A DNA stretch of 64,000 nucleotides from Octopus sinensis (GCF_006345805.1 NC_043021.1:15314001-15378000); one strand, 5' to 3'; counted from the stretch's first letter, positions 1-13,892 are shown. Made by a program: numbers and translations. Notes: a model not told the origin generated them from the letters alone.

Positions 1-272
1 TCTATCGGTCTCTTTTGCCGAACCGCTAAGTGACGGGGACGTAAACACACCAGCATCGGTTGTTAAGCAATGCTAGGGGGACAAACACACACACATACAC
101 ATATATACATATATACGACAGGCTTCTTTCAGTTTTCGTCTACCAAATCCACTCACAAGGCATTGGTCGGCCCGGGGCTATAGCAGAAGACACTTGCCCA
201 AGATGCCACGCAGTGGGACTGAACCTGGAACCATGTGGTTGGTTAGCAAGCTATTTACCACACAGCCACTCC
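1..272 (-). mobile_element. tRNA-headed CORE-like SINE, family A, young subfamily (3' end cut by window edge)
   Basis: Near-identical to copies at 15497, 24585, 38110 and 52175. Pol III A/B-box-like head (TGGCTGTGTGG...GGTTCAGTCCC on minus), a (A)TCTTGGGCAAGT CORE-like block, and an internal (TA/CA)n tract. Confidence 0.85.
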
Positions 273-279
273 TTTACTA

Positions 280-499
280 TATTTCTTTACTACCTACAAG
301 GGGCTAAACACAGAGGGGCCAAACAAGGACAGACAAACGTATTAAGTCGATTACATCGGCCCCAGTGCGCAGCTGGTACTTAATTTATCGACCCCCGAAA
401 GGATGAAAGGCAAAGTCGACCTCGGCGGAATTTGAACGGCAGACGAAATACGGCTACGCATTTCGCCCGGCGTGCTAACGTTTCTGCCAGCTTGCCGCC
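280..499 (-). mobile_element. SINE family B (Meta/MESC-like domain GCCTTTCATCCTTTCGGGGTCGATAAATTAAGTACCAG)
   Basis: Matches more than 20 other copies in the window. Head GGCGGC(A/G)AGCTGGCAGAAACGTTAGC, B-box-like GTTCAAAT, tail GTAAAGAAATA. Confidence 0.85.
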
Positions 500-565
500 T
501 TATTACCAGCTTGCCGCCTTATGTTTTTATATATAAATAAAAGCCTGTGTGTGTGTGTGTGTGTG

Positions 566-742
566 AGGTGCAGGCATGGCTCTGCCATTGAGAAACTTGC
601 TTCCTAACCCTGTGATCTTGAGTTCAGTCTCCTCACTGCATGGCACCTTGGGCAAGGACCTTTCAATATTTGTCGCAGGCTGACCGAAACTATGAGTGGA
701 TTTGATTGATGGAAACTGAAAGAATCCTGTTGTATTTATTTA

Positions 743-775
<33 letters not shown>

Positions 776-930
776 CTGTGTGTGTGGTGTGTGTGTGTGT
801 GCCCTTGTCTTGACATCATATAATGATTGTAAATGCGTATCACCACCCTACAAATGAGGTTGTTTCCAGTCTACTGTGAAAATATGTCTGGTCATGCAGA
901 AAGATTACTTTTCTTGGAAATTGGTGAGGT
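566..930 (+). mobile_element. Diverged SINE: family A head with the alternative tail
   Basis: GGCACCTTGGGCAAG and GGAAACTGAAAGAA blocks, then the TTGACATC...TTGGAAA...GGTGAGG tail also seen at 30793-31210 and 42940-43350. Confidence 0.65.
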
Positions 931-1419
931 TTGTTTTCTTTGTACATCATGATCTCAATTTTAGTAAAATTTATAAATTATTATCCCTATTAAGGTAGTA
1001 ATGATAGCTCACTAGCCATTTAGCTGGGTGCTAGGCATAACAACTGCTTAAAGGGGCACTACAAAAAAAAAAAAGGAAAAAATGGGTTAAGAACCATTGA
1101 CTTAATCCATCACCTGGTTTAACACCACCACCTGGTCCTTGGGTTCTTTAGTTGAGCTCACCCTGAAGCAATCATTTGGGCCAGGTTACCAGTTTAAGGA
1201 TCCATTTCTCCCTCCTTCTCATCATTCTTGTCGGATCTATAAAGATTCAGGGGCACTGCCGTCTCTCTTGGCTACAACATTAAAAAGGGAAAAGTCAATA
1301 TTTGTGAAATGTAGTTTATCTAAGGCTTTGAGCCTATTTGGCTGCTGCTCTTACCAATTTGAGCAACTTTGTGGTGGTTCCTTTGTTGGCCTGGGCTTCT
1401 TTTGTTGAATTTTTGAACA

Positions 1420-1820
1420 AGTTTTGAGGGTTAGGATTAGGATAGTTTTTAGTGAATTTAAGGGGCTGGTAGACAATTTTGAGTTTTAGGAGCTTGTAGG
1501 GATATTTTTCAGTGAGTTTTAGGAATTGGCAAAGAATATTTTGAGTGAGTTTTTGTGAGCTAGAAGGGGTAATTTTGAAGAAGCTTTAGGGGTAATTCTA
1601 GTGAGTTTTGTGGGCTGGAAAGGGTAATTTTGAGTGAGTATTAGGAATTTACAATGATAATTTTGAGTGTTTGGTGGGGCTGGAAGTGATAATTTTGAAA
1701 GAGCATTAGGGGTTAGTAGGAAATATTGAATGAGTTTAAGGGACTAGTAGGGGTAATTTTAGTGAATTTTGTGAGCTGGTGGAGAATTTTGAGTTTTGGG
1801 GGTTAGTAAGGATAATTTTC
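1420..1820. repeat. Degenerate G/T-rich minisatellite (~30-35-bp unit GGGTAATTTTGAGTGAGTTTTAGGGGCTGGTAG)
   Basis: About 12 recurrences of AATTTT(G)AGTGA(G/A)TTT...GGGCTG/TAG with very few C residues. Confidence 0.7.
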
Positions 1821-2278
1821 TTGGTATTTCTTCAGCATTGTTGTAAGATATTGTAATTCTCTGTGAGAGCAAGAAAAGAAATAGAACAATGCTAGCCTGC
1901 CAGCCAACCAGCCACACGGACATTCAGCGGTGCACACTATAATTGCATGTGAGAAGAAGAAGAAGAAGAAGAAGAAGAAGCAAAAGAAAGTTTTATAATT
2001 ACAAGATGATACAAATAATTGTGAAGATATAATTAACTCCGGTCATTAAACATCAGATCTGCTATTTCCTCTTAGTGAACCGATTTGTTACATCTAGTCA
2101 CTTAGTACATTAATAGTCCACTATGTCTCTGCGATACCTTCATGCATGCTGCCTCTTTGATAGGACATCCTTTTCTTTCTCTCTCTCTCTCTGTTGGTCT
2201 CTCTTTCTCTCTTGTTTATTCATGTGTCCCTCTCCCTCCCCACTCTCTGTTTTGGTCTCTTGCACTTACAACCTCTCA

Positions 2279-2318
<40 letters not shown>

Positions 2319-2449
2319 AAGTGTTTATGTATCTGTATGGGTAAATGTGTTTGTGTATGTATTGTATCCAAATGTGTGTTTGTATGTATGTTTATAATCT
2401 CTCTCATATATCATCATCATCATCATTGTTTAGCGTTCGTTTTCCGCGC

Positions 2450-2487
<38 letters not shown>

Positions 2488-2501
2488 CATACATATACAA
2501 T

Positions 2502-2550
<49 letters not shown>

Positions 2551-2850
2551 TGCATATGTGTATATAATATGTATTACACGGGTATACACACAACTGTGTA
2601 TGTATCCCAGATTGCTGTTCTAAGATTTCTTTTGATACCTCTAAACTCTACTAATCCATCAGCTGGTGGCTGATATTATATTATTATATGGTTGTACAGT
2701 GTGTAATCTTATTTGTTGTTTCATCCACCTCCATCCTATTCCTATAATTGAAAGGTGGTGGTGGTGGCGGTGGGTCTTTTGAGAGTATTTTCAACAAGGA
2801 AACGGTTCCTTTTCAACAGCATGCAAACTATTATTTGGTTGTGCCTGCCA

Positions 2851-3243
2851 CCATCATCGAACCATCATCATCATCATCATCATCATCATTGCTGTTGTAT
2901 GCATGTTTATAGTCACCATCATTAATGCTGTCATCGTTATAATCACCACCACCACCACCACTACTACCAACATCATTATTCTCAATGTCACCACCAGCAG
3001 CAGCAGCATCATAATCATCATTGTCATCATCATCATCATCATCATCATCACCACTATCATCATCCTGATTGTCAACAGCAGCATAATCATCATTGTCATT
3101 ACCACTGCCACTAACATCATCAACACCACCACCATCATTGTCATCACCATCATCATCATCACCACTATCATCATCCTGATTGTCAACAGCAGCATAATCA
3201 TCATTGTCAACACCACCACCACCACCATCATTGTCATCATCAA
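2851..3243. repeat. Compound (CAT/CAC/CAG)n trinucleotide tract with an internal duplication
   Basis: The block ACCACTATCATCATCCTGATTGTCAACAGCAGCATAATCATCATTGTCA occurs twice (~3050 and ~3161). Confidence 0.85.
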
Positions 3244-4072
3244 TATCCTGGTCTGCTCAGATAACGCCGAGGTCGACTTTGCCTTTCATCCTTTCAGGGT
3301 TGATTAAATAAGTACCAGTTTATGTGCTAGGGTTGATGTAATCGACTTAATCCCTTTATCTGTCCTTGTTTGCCCCCTCTATGTTTAGCCCCTTGTGGGC
3401 AATAAAGAAATACAATGTCCCTGTCTGTATTGTCAATGTCATTCTCACGCATAGCCTTTACCATCTACCATAAAGTTGATGTTATGGTTGCAATCATCCA
3501 CCATGTAGCAGTTGTCTCCATCCACCATGTGACCATTGCCATCTTCTTCTGTGTATCATTGTCATCATCACCTACCTTATAACCATTGTTACTGTTCACC
3601 ATGTAGCAAAGAAAATTGTTGTCCTCCACCATGTAGCTGTAATTATCTTCCACCATATAATTCCTTTTGCCTTCTAGTCACCCAGTTTTCCAGTCAAGAA
3701 ATCCTTATTCATTTCTGGAGGATATTGTTATATTTTGAAACATTGTTACTTGTGCTCATATTTAACCCCAGCTAATTCTTATCAAGGCATTCTATCTGTA
3801 CTTCTATCTTTTGGGAGTTATGTCTAATTATCTAATGTGCCTTTTCTTTATTTAAGATGGTATTTCAGATGTAATGTGTGGGTGATTCAGCTATTACCTC
3901 TAGCAGATTGAGCAACCATGTAGATGTACTCTTGTGGGTGCTTTGTCCTGTGTTAACACTCAGTAAACCAATGCTTGCAATTTGTTCCTTAGCATACCGT
4001 TTCTCTTAGGGAGATAGGTGCCCCCTCTCCAGGGGCTGTAAGGATTGAAAAGGGGGCAGAAAAATGCAATAT

Positions 4073-4276
4073 CTAACCCTTCTATCACCATATTTCTGTT
4101 AAAATACACTGCCTCTCTCTTAATTAATTTTGAAGAATTTAGTAAAATAACTTTATTAATGAAACTGATGTTTGGAACATAAATTAACATAAATGTTTTA
4201 ATTCAGAGCACTTTGGAGCAGGAAGTTTGTATCGTAGAACAAAGGGTGGTTTTGGATGGGTTGGTATTAAAAAGAT
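4073..4276 (+). mobile_element. MITE family G (piggyBac-like ends TAACCCTTT...AAAGGGTTA), diverged
   Basis: Same body (ACCATATTTCTGTTGAAATAC...TTTGGAACATAAATTAACAT) as copies at ~11000-11645, 15381-16007, 22016-22162, 45417-45640 and 61885-62130. Confidence 0.65.
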
Positions 4277-4852
4277 GAATAAAAATTAAGATGATTTTCA
4301 GCCTTTTAAAATTGTCAGAGAAAGATTGAAGAGTCATCATTGTTTTAACTCCACTTTCCCATACTTGCATGGGTTAGATGTTTAGAGTTTATTGAGGCAG
4401 ATTTTCTAGTCAGTTGTCCTTCATGTTCCTGACCCTCACCTGTTTCCAAGCAAGGTAATTTTCTCTTAAGGACAGACATGTTTTTGCAGAATATTGGAAA
4501 TGAGTGACATCCATTTACAACAACTATACAATGTCAGGACAAGGACACACATATGCACACATACACACACACATACACACACACACACACACATTGTATA
4601 TAGGCAAATCAAAGATAAAAAACAGGAAAAACAACAAAAAAAAAATCAATCAGCTGTAGAAAGTGAATATATTTGATTGACGCTCAGTGAAAATTTTAGA
4701 TGGGAAAATATAGGAGTGGAAATGATGTTATGAGCATGGACCTTTGTTGGAGAGAGGAAAAAAGTTCAGAGAAGAAGAAAAGGAGGAAGGAGCACGTGTT
4801 GTTACATGGCTGAAAATGTGTGTGTGTATGACAGGCTGCTTTCAGTTTAGAT

Positions 4853-5132
4853 CAGTGGTTCCCATACATTTTCAGGGTGCCACCTCCTTGGTTCTAAGGC
4901 CACATACCTAGTGCCCCCCCCCACTCACCATCACAGTCATAGACCATTTTCTGCAGCAAATTCAAAACAACAGTATTTCACAAATAGAACTTAATTAACC
5001 CATTATTATTTTCTTTTTTTACATCTATTGCCCCATTTTGGTCACCCCATTATTGCCCCATTTTTCTTTAATGTCCTCCTGACTTTTCCACCACCTTTAG
5101 CAGGCTGGTACCACCCATTTTGGGAACCACTG
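4853..5132. mobile_element. hAT-type MITE
   Basis: TIRs CAGTGGTTCCCA / TGGGAACCACTG; 8-bp TSD GTTTAGAT (4845-4852) and GTTTAGAC (5133-5140). Confidence 0.8.
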
Positions 5133-5933
5133 GTTTAGACATATATCACAGGCTTCTTTCAGTTTCTGCCTACCACATCAGCTTAAAAAAGCTTTGGCCA
5201 ACCCAGGGCTTAGAATAGAAGACACTTGGTCATGGTGCCATGCACTGGGACTGAACTGGAAACCATGCTGTTGGGAAGCATACTTTCTCAATCCTATAAC
5301 CACACATGTGTCTATCGAAGCAAAATCTTCCTTTTTTTTCTCCCTCGTTTACTAAGATATGAAGAGCAGACAAACTTTCACTAATAATTTAGTGAGTGGT
5401 GGAGGTGGTGTGGATAGGACTGTGCTTGGGCAGTTTGAGAACCACTGTCTTGGCATTTGTGATGCTGGCCATCTTAGGAAGTGCTTACAGATGCTGTTAC
5501 TACAACAACATAGTTTATGGTCTTTGCACAAGTCGGCATATATCAGAAATGTTACAGTTTTTCTCTGAGTAGATAATCACTTCTAGGAGATAACTGTGGC
5601 ATTTATAGTGTAATAGTTTTAAAAACCCATCATTTCAATTTGAGGTTGTCAGAAATTATGAAATGAAGAACATTTGCGATTCTGACGGTTGCTGTTTCCA
5701 TACCTCTGTCTGTCTGAATTTTGCTCCCCAACCCTCCTCTCAGTTAAAATAATACACGTGTTAATATCTCTTGCAGATGAGGAAGTAGGGACCAGATAGA
5801 GTATAAGAACTATATTTATACCAATTGACTACCTAGATTGTTTTGACTGATATATATATGTGTGTATTTGTGTGAGTGTATATATATATATATATATATG
5901 TGTATGTATATATGTGTATATATTTATATGTAA

Positions 5934-5976
<43 letters not shown>

Positions 5977-7129
5977 TATATACACATATATATACATATA
6001 TTTGTGTGTGTGTATATATATATATATATGTATGTATATTGTTTGGCTGATAGCCAGTGCATAACCAGCTAACCTAGATTTTGCCAAACCCAACTTGGCA
6101 TTCACAAATCTTGAAGAAGAGCAAAAAGGTAAAAAATATAAAAATAAAAATAATATTATTACCTAATTATTTATGTTCCTGTTAAGCATAAACCATCGAA
6201 AACAAAAACAACAAAAAAAAAACAACAGCAAAGAACAACAAAAATAATATCAAAATCAAATCAAATCAAAACCACAAAAAAGTAAGTAATTCCTTTTCTT
6301 TCTAAAACAGACCAATAGTAAAAGACTTCTTACAGGTTAACTCTTATTTTGGTAACAGTAGCTTATAAATAGAATGTCTTAGAACAGCAGTCTCCTACCT
6401 TCTTTTATTTTATTAGTTAGGCACTGGGATTTACTAATTCTTCCGTTTTTTTCCTGAATTTTTTTTATTGGTTTCTATTTTTTATTATTGTTGTGATTAA
6501 TTTTTTTTTTTTTTGGTTTCTTCACCTGTTAGTGTTTTGAATAAAAGATGGTGTTATTTTTGTAAACTGTGTGAAATTCAATAATGAAACAATTCACCAC
6601 TAAGAAGGAAAATAGCAGAGGAAAAAAAATACTAGTAAATGTTTTTCAAGCCTTTATTAAGACCTTATTTAATAAATGGGTTTTTAATTAACCACGGCGA
6701 GTTCGTTAATGAGCAAAACATTGTGTAACATGCTAATTGAGTGAGAATCTTTACAGGTTAAAAGAAAAAAATAGCTCTGTATTTGCTGGGATTTCAACCC
6801 TGCATTTATTGATCTGGGTTAGGAACAGGTATGGCTGTTTACTTCTCAACCTAGTGGCTTCAGGTTCAGTCTTATTGCTTGGCACCTTGGGCAAACCGTG
6901 GGCAAGTGTTTTCTATTTATAACCTCTCAGGTTGGCCAAAGCCATGTGAATGAATTTGGTAGGTGGAAACTGAAAGAAGCTCTCTATGCATGCAAGTATG
7001 TGTCTGTGTGTGTGTGTTGTTCATGTATCTTTGTCTTGTAAACAAATGTCATTCTGAGTGAGTTCATAGGAGTTTCAAAAGATGATTAGGGTCCACAAAA
7101 ACAGTTCCTGCCTGTATTTGTAAGCCACC

Positions 7130-7395
7130 ATATGTGACCAGTGGCAGGTCATCCTCCCATGTTACATTTTCTTGTCACAGCATGCCTACATAGTCCAACA
7201 CCACCAGGAAGCTCCCAGATTCTGGAATAGACTCCACCTGGAATTCATCATTGCCCTTCAATTAGATGGGTTATGGCCCTAGCACTGTCAGTGTCAGACA
7301 TGTCTGCATTGGGTGGCCCTACCTGGGACTTGAAGTCCTCGATCGCATGTCTCTGACACTCACCTGTTTAACCTTCCCACCATGATGAGGTCAAG
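7130..7395 (-). mobile_element. RTE/BovB-like LINE 5'-UTR fragment (or RTE-derived non-autonomous element)
   Basis: Minus strand reads ACCTCATCATGGTGGGAAGG...CCCAGGTAGGGCCACCCAATGCAGACA. This resembles the RTE 5' end CCTTGTCGTGG...GGTAGGGCCACCCA as recalled. Confidence 0.45.
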
Positions 7396-8337
7396 GGTTG
7401 GGCTTGGAGGGTGAATTCCATTACAAGACAACAGACAATTGTCACCATTATATAAGTGTTACTATTTCAGGTACAAGACCAACAATTTTGAGGGGAGGGG
7501 ATTAGTCAATACTATTAACCCCAGTTTTGGACTGATACATTATTTTGTTGACCCTGGAGGGATTAAAGGCAAAGTTTATCTTGACATGATTTGAACACAA
7601 AATGTAAAGAGCTGGAACAAGTAACTCCGAGTGTTCTTGCCAATGCTCAAGTAATTCTGGCAGGACCAGCAGTGTTAAGAAGAACGGGTTAGTTTATTCT
7701 GCTGACCTCAGTACATAACTGGTACCAATTTTATCGATCCTGGTGGAATGAAAGACCAAAGCTAACTTTGGCAGGATTTGAACTCAGAATATAAAGAGCC
7801 AGAAGAAACACTGCATGACATTCTGTCTGATGTTCTTAATGATTCTACCAAGCCACCACTCTTGATGATGATGATGATGATGGTGGTAGTGGTGGCAGAG
7901 GTAGTGACAATGGTGGTGACAATGGCCATCATTGTTATTTTGCGTAACATTTCTGCTACTTTAAATAGTCAACAATTTCCTGAACGGGTTCTATTTTCAG
8001 ACTCTGTCAGGATATTTAATCTCTCTGTGGGTCCCTTGATAGGTATCACCATCAAGTCAACACATTGAATCAGCTGGGTGTTGCTGTACTATTAGTGCAA
8101 TGGGATCTTTTAAAAGATTTCTTTATCGTATTTATTTACAAGATTTTGAATTGTTTTACAAAACTAGTATGGGTGGAGTGTATTTAAAATTTTTTAAAAA
8201 TCATTACTTTAAAATCTATTTACATATCATTGGGCCAAATTTCCCCCTTCTACCCCCATCCCCAGCATAGATGCCACTCCTTAATAACTACTGAGCTATG
8301 AAATGGAAGCAGTTTCTTGTTTTTGCCTTGGCAGATC

Positions 8338-8900
8338 AAGGTGCGTGGTTTAGTGGTTAGGGTGTATGTCTTATGATCATAAGGTCATGGACTTTGATTC
8401 CCAGTGACACATTATGTCCTTGAGCAAGGTACTTTATTTCACATTGCCCCAGTCCAGTCAGCTGGCAAAAATGAGTTGTACATGTATTTCAAAGGGCCAA
8501 CCATGTCACATTCAGTGTTTAATTTTTTTATTGCACACAAGAGGCTAAACACAGAGGGGACAAACAATGACAGACAAAGGGACTAAGTCGATTATATCAA
8601 CCCCAGTGCGTAACTGGTACTTATTTAATCGACCCCGAATGGATGAAAGGCAAAGTCGACCTCGATGGAATTTGAACTCAGAACGTAACGGCAGACGAAA
8701 TACAGCTACGCATTTTGCCCGGCGTACTAACGTTTCTGCCAGCTCGCCACCTTCAGTGTGTCATGCTGAATCTCCTTGAGAACTACATTAAAGGTACGCA
8801 TGTCAGTAGGGTGCTCAACCACTTGATGTTAGTTTCACGAGCAGGCTGTTCCATTGATCAAATCAACTGGATCCCTTGTCATTGTAACTGACAGAGGGCC
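8338..8900 (+). mobile_element. tRNA-headed CORE-like SINE (C' type) interrupted by a family B SINE
   Basis: Head TGGTTTAGTGGTTAGG, CCTTGAGCAAG core, and the same tail as 21604-21986. Other copies at 31222-31505 and 35912-36217 (minus). Confidence 0.75.
8520..8751 (-). mobile_element. Full-length SINE family B nested in the C' SINE
   Basis: TSD TTCAGTGT at 8511-8518 and 8752-8759. Confidence 0.85.
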
Positions 8901-9248
8901 AGGACAGACCAATGAGATCAGAAGTGCTGTCTGCGGCCTTCAGAAAGGCTTGACCTTTTAGTTATTATTGTATAAGTTGAACTGAATTGTCTTGGTATAA
9001 ATGGTATATAGTTACTCACAAACACACCACAACTGTTATCCCACAGATGTGCTGTTGTTTCACTTTGTCCTTTCAACTACAACTAAGTGCAGGTATGCGG
9101 ACGTAGTAAGAAGTTTGCTTCCCAACCATGTGGTTTCAGGTTCAGTCCCACTGCAGAGCACCTTTGGAAAGAGACTTCTACTATACTCCCAGAGTGATCA
9201 AAGGTTTATAAGTGAATTTGGTTGACAGAAACTGAAAGGAGCCCATTA

Positions 9249-9290
<42 letters not shown>

Positions 9291-9559
9291 TTTATAATTA
9301 ATGAATAATTATAATAGAGGGTACACAAAGTACCAGCTTGCTAGAAATAAGAATTGAAATACTCAAACAAGCCACCAAACTCACTGAAAATCATAACAGA
9401 CCAACAGATATTTGCAACAGATATTAAATGAGTTGAACTAGTGAGGATGTCTTTACATGATTACTCAATCATTTAGAAACAGCAGCTAAATCTGCATCAA
9501 ATTACACCCTTGCTATTTTATAAAAGTCACCTCACTGCATATTGTGGCCACAGGTGGAT

Positions 9560-9612
9560 TGTCTTTGATTATAGGTCTGTATAGTCAGGGCTGACCTAGG
9601 GCCATGTATGTT

Positions 9613-9659
<47 letters not shown>

Positions 9660-9946
9660 ATGTACTTGTATGTATGTCCTTGTAAGTATGTATATATATA
9701 TGGATGTATAAAACAGAATTTTTAATGTTTTGAAGTGTTTTTGTCTCCTATATATTCTAAGTTAAAAAACTGTCAAGGTGGACTTTGTCTTTGATTATAA
9801 GTCTCTATAGTCAGAGCTGACCTAGGGCCATGTATGTGTGTGTGTGTGTATGTACTTGTATGTATGTATAGAACAGGAATTTTTGTTTTGCAGTGCTTTT
9901 GCCTCCTATATATTCTAAGTTAAAAAACTGTCAAGGTGGACTTTGC
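9560..9946. repeat. Local tandem duplication (2 copies; microsatellite length differs)
   Basis: TGTCTTTGATTATA..TCT.TATAGTCAG.GCTGACCTAGGGCCATGTATGT ... CTCCTATATATTCTAAGTTAAAAAACTGTCAAGGTGGACTTTG occurs twice. Confidence 0.85.
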
Positions 9947-11009
9947 CTTTCATCCATTCAGTGTTAGCAGTCAAATAATGAAAGCTATTTTAAAAAAATA
10001 CCCCTATGCTCCACCCCTTTCTCTAATGCACGGGTCTGTGCCTAAGAAACGATTATTAATATTTTACTAAGTGGAATTCACAAGTAGAGAAAATGATAAT
10101 TAGCTCTTAACGAGAATTGAGGGAGAGAGAGCGAGAGTGCGTGCGTGCACGCGCACTCATAATTCTTGAAGATATCATTGTATGCATGCATTCACACACT
10201 TACGCACACTTAGTGAAACACACAGATATGCACATGTACACATGCTTACATACACACACACATACACACTTAGTGGTACACACATGCAAACCACACATTC
10301 TTATGTATACATACACTTATGCATACACACACACACACTAGTGCTGACATTCCTTTAAAAAATATTTGGAACAACTTTCCTCCATAATGTTTTGATAAAT
10401 ACTGCTCCAATTATGCTTTTTGATAAAAATGGGTTTGGAAGAGTTTTGAATTAATAAATGATTAAATACAGAAGAAAATATCAATACTTTTTTGATGAGT
10501 TATCTGCTTAATTTCGTTAATAAACTGTTGTTGAAAGAGAGCTTTTGAGTAATAATCATTATGAAAATATTTCAACAAAAAAAAAAAAAAAAAAAAAAGA
10601 AAGAAAAAGAAAATGGTAAGAAAGAAAGAACAACAGCGAAAGATCATTCAATGTTCCTGAAATAAATTTTCTTGAAGAGGGAAAATTTTATTCTGATAGA
10701 ATTTCTAGCGTGTTCTGACTAAATGATTGAGTTTTTCCAAGCATTTGTATTAACTCGATTGTGAATAGCTAACATCACCATTAGAAGCTAGTTTCATAAT
10801 TTTCCAATAACTTTGGCTTCTCTGTTCTTTTATTACTTCTTCTTATTGATTTCACTCATCGGTGATCATTCTAGAACACTGCCACTTTCTAGCGTAGAGT
10901 CCATTTCGTCGACCTTGGTACTCGTTTGTATCGACCCTGTAAGCGTCGGTCAGTTCAAGGCGAAGTAGACCTCAGAAGAATTTGAATTCAGAGCATGAAA
11001 AGACGTCAA

Positions 11010-11648
11010 CAAATATTAATACATTTGTTGAAACACACCATCTTTGTTTTAACTGATTTTGAAAATAACGAAGAATTCAGTAAAATAGTAATTATTATAA
11101 TCATCATCAAACATAAATTAACATGAAGTTTCAAGTTAGATCTCTTTAAAACAGGAAGTTCGTTATGCAGACCCAGGGGCAGTTTGGTGAGAAAAAGGCT
11201 TAACCATTTATTAACCATATTTCAATTGAAATACACAGCCACTTGTTTTAATTAATTTTGAAAATTAAGAAGAGCTTAGTAAAATAAGTTTCTTATTATT
11301 AAGTTGTACAAGGAACATAAATTTAACATGAAATTTTGATGGAAGGTTTTTTCATTTAGATCACTTTAACCCTTTTGTTACCCTATTTGTATTAAAATTA
11401 CAATGTCTTTGTTTTAATTTGTTTTGAAAATAGGAAAGACTTTGATAAAAATAACTTTGTCCATTTTTAAGATGGTGTTTGGAATATAAATTAACAGGAA
11501 ATTTTGATGGAAGGTTTTTAGATCACTTCAGGGGGTTTGTCTCAGAGAAACAGGAGCAGTCTTAGACAGATTCGTATCAGAATGGTTGACGCTTTCTTTA
11601 CCATATTTCTGTTGAAATACACTAAACCTTTGTTTTAATTAATTTTAA
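11010..11648 (+). mobile_element. Head-to-tail cluster of ~3.5 MITE family G copies
   Basis: Repeats of ACCATATTT...GAAATACAC...AGTAAAATAA...ACATAAATTAACATGAAATTTTGATGGAAGG, with AAAGGCTTAACC and TTAACCCTTT junctions. Confidence 0.7.
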
Positions 11649-11652
11649 AAAG

Positions 11653-11802
11653 GCGTCGCTGTGTGGTAAGAAACTTGCTTCCCAACCACATGATTCTGAG
11701 TTCAGTCCCACCGCATGGCACCTTGAGCAAGTGTCTTCTACTATAGTGTCATACTAACCAAAGCCTTGTGAGTGGATTTGGGATATGGAAACTGAAAGAA
11801 GC

Positions 11803-11838
<36 letters not shown>

Positions 11839-12100
11839 CACACATACACACGCACGCACGCACACACACACATTATATATATACATACATGCACACACAC
11901 ATACATATATGCATGTTTGTATATATTTACACGTGTGTTTGTCCTCCCCCTGACCTCCGCCATTGCTTAACAACTGATACTGGTGTGTTTATGTCCCCAT
12001 GGCTTAGCAGTTTGGCAAAAGTGATCAATAGAATAAGTCCTGGGGTTGTTTACTTTGACTAAAACCTGTCAAGGTGGTGCTCCAGCATGGCCACAGTAAA
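11653..12100 (+). mobile_element. SINE family A, near full length
   Basis: Head, core, internal microsatellite and GCTCCAGCATGGCCACAG tail are all present. Confidence 0.8.
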
Positions 12101-12204
12101 AAAAAACTCAAAATATGATCATGGTTGGCCTCAGGTGGGCTTTTATCAAACGGGCTAACGATCAAATATTAAATACATGATTATGCTCCTTCACCCCACA
12201 GTAC

Positions 12205-12650
12205 TTGACTGGCATTTTATTTACCAACCAACGAAAAAGCTGCAGAGCAAAGTTGTCCCTATAGCATGCAAACTCTGAACGTAAGGGGATGTAACTAAAT
12301 ACCAAACGGTGATTTGTTCACCATGTTACCAATTCTGCAACATGCCAGCTCTTGCTGTAACCGAATATTAATGAAATTAGTATTACAGTTGCTGGGTGAG
12401 GTCGTTAATTTAAAGTTGTGTGCTCCAGTAGGTAACCGGTATTTTATTTGCCAGTCCTCGAAGAAGCTGCATAGCAAACTTGTCCCTATTGCATGCAAAC
12501 TCTGAATGCAAGGGGATTTAGCTAAATACCAAATGGTGATTTCTTCATCGCGTTACCGATTCTGCAACACACCAGCTCTTGCTGTAACCGAATATTAACG
12601 AAATTAATATTACAGTTGTTGGGTGAGGTCTTTAATTTAAAGTTGTGTGA
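12205..12650. repeat. Tandem duplication, ~227-bp period, 2 copies
   Basis: AGCTGCA.AGCAAA.TTGTCCCTAT.GCATGCAAACTCTGAA ... GGGTGAGGTC.TTAATTTAAAGTTGTGTG occurs twice, with scattered substitutions. Confidence 0.85.
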
Positions 12651-13351
12651 TAGTGGCTGCAATATAATCCCAGGAAACGTGGAACAAAAGGGAGGCTAAA
12701 GCTAGTTAATCAGGCTGATTGGATCATCTGTGTCGATGGAGAAACACAGATATTAAAATATCAAAGCAACACGGCTTTCACTTTTGGCACTCGCTTTTCT
12801 CTCTGATACATGTTTGGTTGTGTAACATGCAATCTGTAGGAATATATGGAAAATGCTAATTTCATCAAACTAATTGAATTCACCAAAGCTTCTCCTTCCA
12901 CTTTCCATTATGAGAAAAATTCCCCAGGTTATAGCGGAGTGGTGGGTGGCTAGGGGTGCTACACACACATGTGCATGCGACCCTCTCCTTCCCAACTTGT
13001 GTTGAATTACTTATTAAAGGGGAAATCAGTGGAAATGATCTGCTTCCATTGCCTTGGAGTTTGTGTTGCCTGGTGATATGTCTCAGAGGAAACGGTTATT
13101 AAATGTTTCCTGATAAACTCTGTCAAGAGAGAGCAAACAGGAATATTCTGTGGCAGGAATGATTCAAACTTTGCCGTTCCCAAACAAAGATTCTTCACAT
13201 TAATGTCTATTTATAAAAGGAGATTAAGAAACGTGTTCCATATTTGCTGATGATACTGTCCTTAGTTCTACCAATGTGTTTAGTTTTTATTTAACCCTAG
13301 ATTAAAATGAGCTCCACCCATGGCCACCCTTTCATTTTCCCAGATGTAGTC

Positions 13352-13563
13352 TTAACTCTTCAGCATTTAAACCAGCCATATCTGCCTCGAATATTCTACC
13401 TGTTTTATATTATAACTGACCAGATCTGACCTATCACACCTATTCCACAATGTCATTCTCAAAGTATGCAATCACATCATTGAAATCTCAAAGCTATGAG
13501 CTAATGCCTGATTGGTTAAAAACAATGTGTATAAATAAAATAATCTGAATGCTAAAGGGCTAA
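13352..13563 (+). mobile_element. MITE family H (TTAA-flanked, piggyBac-like)
   Basis: Same body as 55233-55451 and 18325-18533; ends TTAACTCTTCAGCATT ... AATGCTAAAGGGCTAA. Confidence 0.7.
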
Positions 13564-13892
13564 AGATAACATTATCCAATGTGGCCTTCCCTTTTTCTTT
13601 TATCATTGTATAATATGATCTCAGAGTAATGTGGCTGCTATTTCAAGTGTCCACATAAAGGCCCCAACAATTTATTCCAGGAATGTCATATTGGTTTAAC
13701 TCCTTCATTACCAAATTTCTCCCAAATCACAATGCTTTTTGTTTCAGTTACTTTTTGAAAGTAATGAATTTAGGATAGAATAACTTTGTCGTTATTGTAG
13801 TGGTGTTTGGGACATGAATTAGCCTGAAATGTTGATGGAAGATTTTGATTTATACCACTTTACTGTTTTAGTTACCATATATATTTTGAAAT

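Noticed and set aside
60-383. Recurrent ORF ...YQIHSQGIGRPGAIAEDTCPRCHAVGLNPEPCGW (also 15674, 24761, 38295)
   Set aside because: Antisense translation of SINE family A; it recurs because the SINE does.
2854-3307. Hydrophobic M/V/I-rich membrane-like ORFs (similar ones at 33394-33773)
   Set aside because: Translations of trinucleotide low-complexity tracts.
13007-13198. Non-repetitive short ORFs (13007-13198, 1139-1408, 43672-43986) as coding exons
   Set aside because: No recognisable domain and no convincing pair of splice sites in a consistent frame.
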